A DNA stretch of 62,866 nucleotides, the filler included, from an uncultured Methanosarcinales archaeon (GTDB lineage: Archaea; Nanobdellota; Nanobdellia; Woesearchaeales; CAYSVS01): assembly GCA_964589485.1 (NCBI GenBank). It is 3 parts of 3 records of this genome, joined end to end, with 100 filler letters (N's around TTAATTAATTAA, not from the genome) between each part and the next. Parts side by side here need not be neighbours in the genome. Positions count along the whole stretch, not along the records: positions 17,473 to 38,082 come from CAZPRK010000004.1; 2 more parts are not named here. One strand, given 5' to 3'. Under the pieces are notes generated by a model. It did not search any database. It had not been told where the DNA came from and saw only the letters and a list, made by a program, of their open reading frames with translations. Below are positions 20,120 through 29,083 of this stretch, piece after piece. The first letter of the stretch is position 1. Every line of letters begins with the position of its first letter. The position numbers and the translations under genes are program-made.

Positions 20120-20156
20120 AAAAAAATAAAAAAAAGAGTTTGGTTTTAAACCACTC
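20120..20156 (-). terminator. Putative terminator (short hairpin + T-tract) after paralog 2
   Basis: Minus strand reads GAGTGGTTTAAAACCAAACTC then TTTTTTTTATTTTTTT directly after the stop codon. Confidence 0.45.
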
Positions 20157-21333
20157 AATTAGGTGTAATCGATTTGTGTATGTTTATGTGATAAGCAATA
20201 TAGTCCTTGTACTCCTCTTTAACTTCCTTAATTTGCTTGTCATTAATTCCAGTTGCATAAGGTAAATCGAATTGTGAGTGTACTTGTGTTCCACCGTCTG
20301 TTTGCCATCTTGCAACCCACATTATTTCACGAATGCTATTATCTTTATTAAGATTTTTCCTGAAAAACAAGTAATAATTACCATCTTTGGTTTTTACAAA
20401 ACTCCATACATCACTACCTCTCACGTATGGTCCACTTTTGATTTTTTTCATAGTTTCTTTCAAAGTTTCTGTAACTGCTGATCGATTAGGTCCTGAATTA
20501 TAGAATCCTAAATCTGCTAATAGTGATTTTGCAAAGACTTCATCAGAATTACCTTTCCATCTAGTATTAGTACTGGTAGATATTCTATGTTGTTTCCAAA
20601 ATCCTGTGTTTTTAGAGTTTTTACCTTTAGTATACCAATCTTTTGATTGTTTTTCTTTACTCTCAGTACAAATGAAGTTATATCCAGTACTATATGCAGT
20701 TTTAACAGTTTGTCCTGTTTTATATGCAGAACAATCTTTCCCATCTAAATTTGTTTTTCTTCTAGGGCTACTACATAGAGATGGTCCTCCTAATCTACTT
20801 GCTTGGTTACAGTATGGTGGTCCCCAGTAATTTTTATGCTTCTTCCAAATTTTAGAGCCACTGCTTAATGTTGATTGTTTGCTTGTGCTAGGAGAATCTG
20901 ATATACAAGCTCCGTTACTACATCCTTTAGGACAAGTAACTGCTTTAAAACTTGGTTTTTTTCCATTGCAAGAATATTCCATTAATTTACCTTTATAATA
21001 TCTGCTTCTTCCGTTGTAACAATAATCTGTGTTTGATCTAGTATATGTTCTACTTCCATATTTATATGAATATTTTCTTTTTCCTTTTGAATTAATATTT
21101 CCATTATCTGTGTCTGAACAAGCGGTATATGTTCGACTTCTTCTTCTGTAAGCTTGTCCTGATAAGTCGTTTGAATCTTGAGCTTCTACTTCGCCTAGTT
21201 CATTAATTATTTCAACTTCTTCAACTGTTACTTGTTCTTGACTCATTAATACAAAAATTAATACTAAGAATGCTCCTGTATACCATAATAAATGTGTTTT
21301 ATTTGTTAATGAACTTGACTTTTTTTTAACCAT
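20155..21333 (-). CDS. Secreted or anchored Cys-rich cationic protein (paralog 2) with unique C-terminal domain
   Basis: Start ATG 21333 preceded by GAGGTG SD; first 224 codons nearly identical to 22126..23163. Confidence 0.8.
   Translation of the reverse strand: MVKKKSSSLTNKTHLLWYTGAFLVLIFVLMSQEQVTVEEVEIINELGEVEAQDSNDLSGQAYRRRSRTYTACSDTDNGNINSKGKRKYSYKYGSRTYTRSNTDYCYNGRSRYYKGKLMEYSCNGKKPSFKAVTCPKGCSNGACISDSPSTSKQSTLSSGSKIWKKHKNYWGPPYCNQASRLGGPSLCSSPRRKTNLDGKDCSAYKTGQTVKTAYSTGYNFICTESKEKQSKDWYTKGKNSKNTGFWKQHRISTSTNTRWKGNSDEVFAKSLLADLGFYNSGPNRSAVTETLKETMKKIKSGPYVRGSDVWSFVKTKDGNYYLFFRKNLNKDNSIREIMWVARWQTDGGTQVHSQFDLPYATGINDKQIKEVKEEYKDYIAYHINIHKSITPN
20662..21333 (-). repeat. 672-bp direct repeat, copy A
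   Basis: Ungapped manual alignment to 22492..23163 (offset 1830): about 60 mismatches, about 91% identity. Confidence 0.92.
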
Positions 21334-21344
21334 TTTTTTACACC

Positions 21345-22124
21345 TCATGTATAAGCTATCATTTCAATTACACCTGCAATAAACACAAGTATAACTCCTA
21401 TTACTAACAATATTACAGCATCTGTTAGTACATGCTTGAATTTCTTTGATCCTAATTTTTCTCTTAATACTGCGGCTGAAACTACTCCTCCAACAATTGC
21501 AGCAAACACATAAGCAAAAGCTTCAGTTATCATATGTGGGAGAATTGGTAACATATTTGTTCCAAATTTAAGGAAAGCGTTTCCACCAATTGACATTTTT
21601 GCAGTTGCAGCAAAAACAACACCCCATACTGATGCATTCCAAGTTAAGAATAACAATGAACCTGCACCATAAACTAAACTTAATATGAAACAAACTGCGA
21701 AAACAATTAAGTTATTAATTATAATTCCACCTAAATAAGTATCATTAAATGCATACCCTGTTAATCCTGCAACTTTAAGTTGAGGTTCAAAAACACTAGC
21801 ATCTCCTATTAGAGTAATGATACTAAATCCTAGAAATATTCCCAAGAACATGTAAATATAAACTTTAAAAATTTCTTTATGATCTTTAAACAACTGTGTA
21901 ATGTGAAATTTCTTTTCTCTAATTTCAACATTTTCTTCTAATTTTAATAACATTGCCAATGATGGTATTAATAAAACAGAAGTAAATGCAACACTCATTA
22001 ATCCAGTGCTAGAAGGAAAAATTAATCTTGCTGAAATATAACCTAAAAAGGTATAAAAAAAAGCTAAAAAAAATGCATGGTGTTTTTCTTCCACCCATTT
22101 AATTTTGAAGTTTTGTTCGAACAT
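21345..22124 (-). CDS. SpoIIM/DUF95 family membrane protein
   Basis: IIINNL, FLTWNASVWG, LPHMITE and AGVIE motifs; start ATG 22124 just after the upstream stop. Confidence 0.78.
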   Translation of the reverse strand: MFEQNFKIKWVEEKHHAFFLAFFYTFLGYISARLIFPSSTGLMSVAFTSVLLIPSLAMLLKLEENVEIREKKFHITQLFKDHKEIFKVYIYMFLGIFLGFSIITLIGDASVFEPQLKVAGLTGYAFNDTYLGGIIINNLIVFAVCFILSLVYGAGSLLFLTWNASVWGVVFAATAKMSIGGNAFLKFGTNMLPILPHMITEAFAYVFAAIVGGVVSAAVLREKLGSKKFKHVLTDAVILLVIGVILVFIAGVIEMIAYT

Positions 22125-22125
22125 T

Positions 22126-23163
22126 TTATTTCGTACTATTATTTGTTTGGTTGTTGTATTCAGTTTGAGCAACAAATGACGAATTATTACTTGTATTTGT
22201 TCCTCTTACAGCTTGTCTTGTGTTGTTAATTGGTGTTGTTGTTTTTTGAAGACAAGCTCCTTTTGAACAGCCGTTTGCACAGATTACTTGATACGTTATC
22301 ACTTGTCCTTTAAAGCAATAATATTCTCTAAGTCCACCTTGGTAACATGTATCTTCATAACCTGATGTACCTAACATTACTGTACCTTTTTTGAAATAAT
22401 CAATACCATTATCTGATTCAGTACAAGTTGGTTTAGGTTTAGATATGTTTATTTTAGTTGTCACTTTAGGTTTTTTGGTAGTTGTAACTTTTTCTGTACA
22501 AATAAAGTTATATCCTGATGTATATGCAGTTTTTACAGTTTGTCCTGTTTTGTATGCAGAACAATCTTTCCCATCTAAATTTGTTTTTCTTCTAGGACTA
22601 CTACATAAACTTGGTCCACCCAATCTACTTGGTTGATTACAATAAGGAGGTCCCAAATAATTTCTATGTTTCTTCCAAATTTTAGATGAATTATTTGATA
22701 TTGATTGTTTACTTGTGCTAGGAGAATCTGATATACAAGCTCCATTATTACATCCTTTAGGGCAAGTAACTGCTTTAAAACTTGGTTTTTTTCCATTGCA
22801 AGAATATTCCATTAACTTACCTCTATAATATCTACTTCTTCCGTTATAACAATAATCTGTGTTTGATCTAGTATATGATCTTCTTCCATATTTATATGAA
22901 TATTTTCTTGTTCCTTTTGAGTTAATATTTCCATTATCTGTATCTGAACATGCAATATATGTCCGACTTCTTCTTCTGTAAGCTTGTCCCGATAAGTCGT
23001 TTGAATCTTGAGCTTCTACTTCACCTAGTTCATTAATTATTTCAACTTCTTCAACTGTTACTTGCTCTTGACTCATTAATACAAAAACTAATACTAAGAA
23101 CCCTCCTGTATACCATAATAAATGTGATTTATCTGTTAATGAACTTCCCCTTTTTTTTACCAT
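22126..23163 (-). CDS. Secreted or anchored Cys-rich cationic protein (paralog 1)
   Basis: GAGGTG SD; leader TM; two CxxSD/TD-NG...GC..GAC modules; Thr/Asn-rich tail. Confidence 0.8.
   Translation of the reverse strand: MVKKRGSSLTDKSHLLWYTGGFLVLVFVLMSQEQVTVEEVEIINELGEVEAQDSNDLSGQAYRRRSRTYIACSDTDNGNINSKGTRKYSYKYGRRSYTRSNTDYCYNGRSRYYRGKLMEYSCNGKKPSFKAVTCPKGCNNGACISDSPSTSKQSISNNSSKIWKKHRNYLGPPYCNQPSRLGGPSLCSSPRRKTNLDGKDCSAYKTGQTVKTAYTSGYNFICTEKVTTTKKPKVTTKINISKPKPTCTESDNGIDYFKKGTVMLGTSGYEDTCYQGGLREYYCFKGQVITYQVICANGCSKGACLQKTTTPINNTRQAVRGTNTSNNSSFVAQTEYNNQTNNSTK
22492..23163 (-). repeat. 672-bp direct repeat, copy B
   Basis: See copy A. Confidence 0.92.
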
Positions 23164-23307
23164 TATAACACCTCTTTTTTGTAAATTAAAATAATTTTAA
23201 CAATATTAATATACTAAATAGTGACGCTCAGTTATATACTTTTCTAAAATTAAATTTTCAAATATTTTAAAAACTATTAGTAAATACCTAACATTGAGGT
23301 GTTTGTT

Positions 23308-23676
23308 ATGAAAAAAAATGTACTTATTATCGAGGATGAAGAAAACATTGCGAAAGCAGAAGAATTAATTTTGCAAGATAACTTCAACGTCATTATTGCA
23401 AACGATGGAGAACAAGGATTAAAAAAAGCTAAGGAAATAATTCCTGATTTAATTATTTTAGATTTAATGATGCCGAATAGAGGTGGATACGATGTTTGTT
23501 ATCATTTAAGACAAGATGATGAGTTAAAACATATAAAAATTTTAATGGTTACGGCAAAGGATCAACAAATAGATGAGGATAAAGGGATGTTAGTTGGAGC
23601 AAATGAATATTTAACCAAACCATTTGAACCAGAAGATTTACTCAACTTAGCATTAACTTTAACTAAAGATGATTAA
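23308..23676 (+). CDS. Single-domain response regulator (REC)
   Basis: IIEDE, LIILDLMMP, VTAK and YLTKPF motifs; GAGGTG SD before ATG 23308. Confidence 0.92.
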   Translation: MKKNVLIIEDEENIAKAEELILQDNFNVIIANDGEQGLKKAKEIIPDLIILDLMMPNRGGYDVCYHLRQDDELKHIKILMVTAKDQQIDEDKGMLVGANEYLTKPFEPEDLLNLALTLTKDD

Positions 23677-25123
23677 TGCAATACATGCTTTTTTTTTATT
23701 TTTAGGAAATGTAGAAGGGGATTTATTCAAAAATTTTACTTATCTATTAATATTTATGTTAATTAGTTACATGATTGCTTCTGAATATAATAAAACAAGA
23801 AAACATGAATATAAATATTTAGTTGTTGCATTTTTGGCATTATCTTTACAAGCTGCAGTTAATGTTATTGTTGGTTTTTTTGTTGTTTTCCGAGGACATA
23901 CTTATTTTCCTTTTGACTATTTTATACCAATAATTGGGCATGCATTTGAATTAGTAGGTTTAGTATTATTGGCTAACGCTTTTTTATACCCTATTGCAAA
24001 TAGTGAATTTTCATTAAAAAGAAAAATAACTCAAAATATCTTTTTAGTAAGTTTTTTTATTATATTAGTACAAATATTTTGGTTGATTGCAAAAATAAAA
24101 AATCCATCTTTACAATTTAATCAATATGCTGGCTTTGGGTTATTTACAGTATTAAAATTATTTATTGTAGCAAGTCCAATATATCATATTTTTTTCACAG
24201 AAAAAAAAATGAAATATAAACATTTAATTTACTTAGCTTTTGTTTTATATGCAATTTCTCCTTTAGTAAGTTTATTTAATCATATGTTTTTTCAAAGCAC
24301 AAGCGCAAGAATGGATGTTTTTGTTCAACCTTGGCCTTTTTTTTCAGCTTTAATGTTTACTAGGTCTATATATTTAAAATTAGTAGATAAATTATATTTG
24401 AAATCAAAATTAAAAGAATCTAATTTAAAGTATTTACAGGAAAAAGAATTAAATGCAATGAAGGATGAGTTTGTTTCTGTAGTAAGTCATGAGTTAAGAA
24501 CACCATTAACTTCAATTAAATTATATCTTTCTTTAATGAAAAATAAAAAGTTAGGTAAAACTTCTAAAAAACAAGATGATGCATTAAATATATTAAGTGA
24601 TGAAACTACTAGGCTAGGAAATTTAATTAACGATATTTTGGATTTAAATAAATTAGAATCAAATAAAGTACAATTATGTCTTGCAAAATTTGATTTAAAT
24701 GAATTAAAAAATCCTATATATTATGGATTGGCGAAAGAAAAGAAATTAGTGGTTAAATTTAATGTTATAAAAAAAGCAAAAGTAACTTGTGATCCTGATA
24801 AAATTAAACAAGTTTACATAAATTTAATGAGCAATGCTGCAAAGTTTACTGAAAAAGGTTTTATTAAAGTACAAATGATAGTTAAATCAAATGAGTGGGT
24901 TTTGATTGTTAAAGATTCTGGACAAGGTATTGCAAAAAAACACTTACCTAAACTATTTGAAAAATTTTATCAAGTGGGGGATTATATGACTAGAAAAGTA
25001 AAAGGAACAGGTTTAGGGTTATCTATTGTAAAAAAAATAGTTGATTTACACAAGGGCACTATAGAAGTAAATAGTAAAGTAGGAAAGGGTACGACTTTTA
25101 TATTAACTTTTCCTAAGATTTAA
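23669..25123 (+). CDS. Membrane sensor histidine kinase (multi-TM sensor, HisKA, HATPase)
   Basis: SHELRTPL, NLMSNAAKF, DSGQG and GTGLGL motifs. Confidence 0.92.
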   Translation: MINAIHAFFLFLGNVEGDLFKNFTYLLIFMLISYMIASEYNKTRKHEYKYLVVAFLALSLQAAVNVIVGFFVVFRGHTYFPFDYFIPIIGHAFELVGLVLLANAFLYPIANSEFSLKRKITQNIFLVSFFIILVQIFWLIAKIKNPSLQFNQYAGFGLFTVLKLFIVASPIYHIFFTEKKMKYKHLIYLAFVLYAISPLVSLFNHMFFQSTSARMDVFVQPWPFFSALMFTRSIYLKLVDKLYLKSKLKESNLKYLQEKELNAMKDEFVSVVSHELRTPLTSIKLYLSLMKNKKLGKTSKKQDDALNILSDETTRLGNLINDILDLNKLESNKVQLCLAKFDLNELKNPIYYGLAKEKKLVVKFNVIKKAKVTCDPDKIKQVYINLMSNAAKFTEKGFIKVQMIVKSNEWVLIVKDSGQGIAKKHLPKLFEKFYQVGDYMTRKVKGTGLGLSIVKKIVDLHKGTIEVNSKVGKGTTFILTFPKI

Positions 25124-25996
25124 CCAGAATTGGAGAGGAATTAATAATAAATTATTAACAACAGTATATACAACTGCAGGCAAAGCTACAATTGGTTCAA
25201 AGTGTGTCAAAGCTACTACTGTTGCCAATGTAAAGTTTTTATAACTAGTTGAAATAGCAAACGATAAATTTTCTTTTTTATTTTTCCCAATAAAATATCC
25301 TAATGTGAAGTTTATAACACTTAATATTGCAACAAAAAGTCCTAACTTAAAAGTTAATGCGATATTGTTTAAAATTATTTCTCTAACTGGAGCAATAACT
25401 CCTATTATTAATACAAATAATATAATAATTGAAATATTTGTTTTATTTTTATTTAATGTATAATAAATTGAAGTTTTTCTTATTATTTGTGCAAAAAATA
25501 TTGGTATTATTACTAATTTGATCAGAGTTAAAGTAATTGCTAAATAATCTAAATTTATTTCTGTGCCAGTAAAAAATAAGATTAATGCTGGAACTATTAC
25601 TGGGCTAATAATGTTTGACATAGATGTTATAACTAATGAAGTTGATGATATGCCACCATATAGTTCTGAAAGAAATACAACACTCATTCCTGATGATATA
25701 ACTGTGACTATAATTAATCCTACATAAATTTCGGTTGAAAACAGTGGTTGGAATAAAAAAACAATAATTGGAGATATTAAATGTATTATTGCCAATGCTT
25801 TTGTTTCTTCTCTATAATTTTTAATCTTTTCAATTATTTGTTTAAATTTGATGTTTAGACAACTAAAAAACATCAATAGCATTAGGATGTATATAAGGAA
25901 TGGTTTAAGCAAAATACCTATATTTGACATATAAAATCCAAGAATTACTGCAATAATGATTATTAACCAAGTATATTTTTTCAATAAGTCTTCCAT
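25103..25996 (-). CDS. Bile acid:sodium symporter (BASS) family transporter
   Basis: About 10 TMs; LMFFSCL, SSGMSVV and SYKNFTLA motifs. Confidence 0.75.
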   Translation of the reverse strand: MEDLLKKYTWLIIIIAVILGFYMSNIGILLKPFLIYILMLLMFFSCLNIKFKQIIEKIKNYREETKALAIIHLISPIIVFLFQPLFSTEIYVGLIIVTVISSGMSVVFLSELYGGISSTSLVITSMSNIISPVIVPALILFFTGTEINLDYLAITLTLIKLVIIPIFFAQIIRKTSIYYTLNKNKTNISIIILFVLIIGVIAPVREIILNNIALTFKLGLFVAILSVINFTLGYFIGKNKKENLSFAISTSYKNFTLATVVALTHFEPIVALPAVVYTVVNNLLLIPLQFWLNLRKS

Positions 25997-26070
25997 GTAC
26001 CTATTCTAAATGTAGTTCATATTTAATTTTTTCCTAAGATTTAAATAGTATTTTATTTTCTTGATAATTT

Positions 26071-26919
26071 ATGATACCTGTAGGTGGGCAAGCAGTAATG
26101 GAAGGCGTAATGATTAAAAGTCCTAATTATGTTGTTGTGTCTGTAAGAAAAAAAGATGATAAAATAGTTACTAAAATAGATGAATTAAAAGAAAAATCAA
26201 AATTTTTCAAATTACCTTTCATTAGGGGGGTAGTAAATTTAGTAGAAATGTTAATTGTAGGAATAAAAGCTTTAACTTGGAGTGCGAATCAAGTTGAAGA
26301 AACAGATGAACAATTAAGCTCTAAAGAAATTTTTTGGACAATTTTTGTTTCATTTTTCTTTGCAATATTATTATTTGTCGCCTTACCATTTTATTTAACT
26401 AAAATTGTTATTCCTGACACGGGTTTTTTATTTAATTTTATTGACGGTATTGTAAGGATTGTAATATTCATATTATATATTTACATAATTTCTTTTATGG
26501 ATGATGTGAAATTGTTGTTTCAATATCATGGAGCTGAACATAAAGCAATACATTGTTATGAAAATAAAAAGGAATTAAATGTAGAAAATATTAAACCATT
26601 TAATCCTGTTCATCCTAGGTGTGGGACTGCGTTTATTGCTATAGTTTTAGTAATTAGTATATTTGTATTTTCTTTATTAAAGGGAGTAGTTTGGTACTTT
26701 AATGTAGCTGCTAGAATTTTGTTAATGCCTGTAATAGCTGCTATTTCATATGAATTATTAAAAATGGGAGATAAAAGAAGAAATAATTGGTTTTTTAAAA
26801 CATTAGTTTGGCCGGGGTTGGCATTACAAAAAATAACGACTTCTGAACCTACAGATAAACAAATTCATGTAGCAATAGATGCTTTAAAAAAAGCATTAAG
26901 TATGGAGAGATCAAGATGA
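26071..26919 (+). CDS. DUF1385 family membrane protein
   Basis: GGQAVMEGVM, FQYHGAEHK, HPRCGT and LQKITTSEP motifs. Confidence 0.9.
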   Translation: MIPVGGQAVMEGVMIKSPNYVVVSVRKKDDKIVTKIDELKEKSKFFKLPFIRGVVNLVEMLIVGIKALTWSANQVEETDEQLSSKEIFWTIFVSFFFAILLFVALPFYLTKIVIPDTGFLFNFIDGIVRIVIFILYIYIISFMDDVKLLFQYHGAEHKAIHCYENKKELNVENIKPFNPVHPRCGTAFIAIVLVISIFVFSLLKGVVWYFNVAARILLMPVIAAISYELLKMGDKRRNNWFFKTLVWPGLALQKITTSEPTDKQIHVAIDALKKALSMERSR

Positions 26920-27401
26920 TTAAGCTATTACAAGATTTGAAAAGTTTATGGATCGGAGATATTATTAAACGGAATAAAGTAACTCCTTTCATTGTATTTG
27001 TGTTTTTTTTAATATCTTTTATTACTACAAGGCTTATAGTTTTATTTTTCCCTGACTTTAACATTCTTGGTTTAGGGATAATAGAAAGTTATGAAATACA
27101 TCATTATTTTTTGGGAATAGTCTTATTATTGATTGCAGGATGGGTTGTTTTGGTGAGTGATAGTTTAAGATTAAAAAGAATTTCTGCAGCATTATATGGT
27201 GTAGGTTTCGGGTTAATTGTAGATGAAATAGGGCTATTATTAACTTGCGGTACTGATGGTTTAACTTGTGATTATTGGAGTAGAATAACTTATGATGTTG
27301 TTACTTATGTTGTTGTTGGTTTTTTAATTATAATTTACTTTGGTCCTTTCTGGAAAGTATTTCATGGGAAGATAATAAAGAATTTGAAGCGATTTTTTTG
27401 A
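26916..27401 (+). CDS. Integral membrane protein (HHYFLG / LIVDE family)
   Basis: 4 TMs; EIHHYFLG and GFGLIVDE motifs. Confidence 0.65.
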   Translation: MIKLLQDLKSLWIGDIIKRNKVTPFIVFVFFLISFITTRLIVLFFPDFNILGLGIIESYEIHHYFLGIVLLLIAGWVVLVSDSLRLKRISAALYGVGFGLIVDEIGLLLTCGTDGLTCDYWSRITYDVVTYVVVGFLIIIYFGPFWKVFHGKIIKNLKRFF

Positions 27402-27911
27402 TTAATGGAATTCTGCTCCCTTCTCTATAGCAAATTGTTCAGTTTCATTTAATTTATAATGTTTAATTTCGTGCCTCATCAAAGATAATATTTCTTTTTT
27501 ACTTTTTCCTTTATACATTTCATTTTTATCATTTAATATTCTTTTTAATTTTGTTTCTTCATCGGCAACTAAATAGATCCATTTAAAATCAATTAGTTTC
27601 ATTAAATATTCAACATCTTCTTTAACTCTTAAACTTTCAATAATAAATTCCTTCGGCAATTTAATGTCTTTCAAAAATTGTTTAATATATCCATATTTTT
27701 TTTTATAAATCCAATCTGCAGCTTTTATTGTTAATTCTCTATTAAATTCTTGTTTTGGTAAATTATTTTCTTTAAGAAATAATGGAACTAAGTAATTCCT
27801 ATAATGTTCTCTTATTGCAATAATTGGAATTCCTTTTTCTTCACTTATTTTTTTTGCAAAAGTACTTTTACCTGTAGCAGTAGCTCCAGAAATTATATAT
27901 CTATTTGCCAT
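27402..27911 (-). CDS. P-loop nucleotide kinase-like protein
   Basis: Walker A GATATGKST; IIESLR; lid-like KLKR. Confidence 0.65.
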   Translation of the reverse strand: MANRYIISGATATGKSTFAKKISEEKGIPIIAIREHYRNYLVPLFLKENNLPKQEFNRELTIKAADWIYKKKYGYIKQFLKDIKLPKEFIIESLRVKEDVEYLMKLIDFKWIYLVADEETKLKRILNDKNEMYKGKSKKEILSLMRHEIKHYKLNETEQFAIEKGAEFH

Positions 27912-28521
27912 ACATTTTTCTCAATGTTTTAGTATTAACACCTAGGTGAAATAATAGTTTAACAATTTGATTTAATATTGATTGTTTAATAACACCATTT
28001 TTAAATCTTCGAGATGAAGTTTTACAAAACTTAAAATATTTTAATTTTCCTTTTTTTTTCAATCTTTGTGAAAACTCTATATCCTCACATAAATCCAATT
28101 TCTTAAAATAATCAAAATATTTCTTTCTAACAAACATACATTGATCTCCATAAATCGAATTAAATAATTTCATTCTAATATTAGCAAAGTAAGAATTGAT
28201 ATTTAATAAAAAACTAGATGGAAAAAATTTCATTTCAATTCCGCCTCCAATATATTCATTGGATAAATTTTTTATTTCATTATAAACCTCAGAATCAATA
28301 TAGGTATCAGGATGTAAAAACAATAACATTTCATTTGTAGATTTTTTAGCTCCCAAATTCATTAAATGCCCTCTATTACTAGAATAACTTTTTATTTTAA
28401 TATACTTTCCTTTAACTTGGTCAACTTTTCCAACTATGATTATTTCATTTTCAGGAATTTTTTTAAGAAACTCTTCTAGGTAAGGTCCTTCTCTTTTTAC
28501 TGGGATTATTATAGATATCAT
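27901..28521 (-). CDS. GT2 glycosyltransferase, TIGR04283-like
   Basis: ISIIIP, RGHLMNLGA, FLHPDT, YGDQCMF, EDIEFS and TSSRRF motifs. Confidence 0.75.
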   Translation of the reverse strand: MISIIIPVKREGPYLEEFLKKIPENEIIIVGKVDQVKGKYIKIKSYSSNRGHLMNLGAKKSTNEMLLFLHPDTYIDSEVYNEIKNLSNEYIGGGIEMKFFPSSFLLNINSYFANIRMKLFNSIYGDQCMFVRKKYFDYFKKLDLCEDIEFSQRLKKKGKLKYFKFCKTSSRRFKNGVIKQSILNQIVKLLFHLGVNTKTLRKMYGK

Positions 28522-29027
28522 ATTATATCCTCTAATTTTTGTCCATATGGAATCGAAGGAGCTATTCCATATACTGAGAACATCATAATTTCCGAAAAAT
28601 TAGCAATCATTGGTGTGGGTAAATCAAATAAATCATGAATTTGTGCAACCCCTTCTTCAACTTGATAACTTCCATTTACTTTTAAAATCAATGATTTTTC
28701 TTCTAGTTCATTAAATATTTCTGGCAAAGATTTAACATTTAATGCATAAACATATTCAATCCAAGAATTTGAATTCGCATCTGTTTGTTGAAATACGCCA
28801 ATATATTCTAATTTTTTTTCAATTTGTTCCTTACCTATATATTCAAAAAAAGTTTCTAATTCTTCATTTAATTCTCTAATTGCACCTTCTTTATGGTTGT
28901 GATCAATTTCTTTTAATCCACCGCCCCATAAACTAAAATAATTTTCATATTTATATAATTTTTTTCTAAATTGAAGTAAAACATTTAAAAATTCATCAAA
29001 AATTAATGTACTTGCGTATACTTTCAT
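28518..29027 (-). CDS. NUDIX hydrolase
   Basis: VLLQFR and WGGG...EGAIRELNEE Nudix-box variant. Confidence 0.7.
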   Translation of the reverse strand: MKVYASTLIFDEFLNVLLQFRKKLYKYENYFSLWGGGLKEIDHNHKEGAIRELNEELETFFEYIGKEQIEKKLEYIGVFQQTDANSNSWIEYVYALNVKSLPEIFNELEEKSLILKVNGSYQVEEGVAQIHDLFDLPTPMIANFSEIMMFSVYGIAPSIPYGQKLEDII

Positions 29028-29083
29028 AATATTAAGAAATTAATTTATTTTTTATATATCTATTTGTTTTGAAAATCAAAATT

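Noticed and set aside
20662..23163. Diversity-generating retroelement template/variable repeat pair
   Set aside because: Mismatches are not restricted to adenines (many are synonymous C/T changes), both copies are 5' coding regions of 672 bp, and no reverse transcriptase is in the window.
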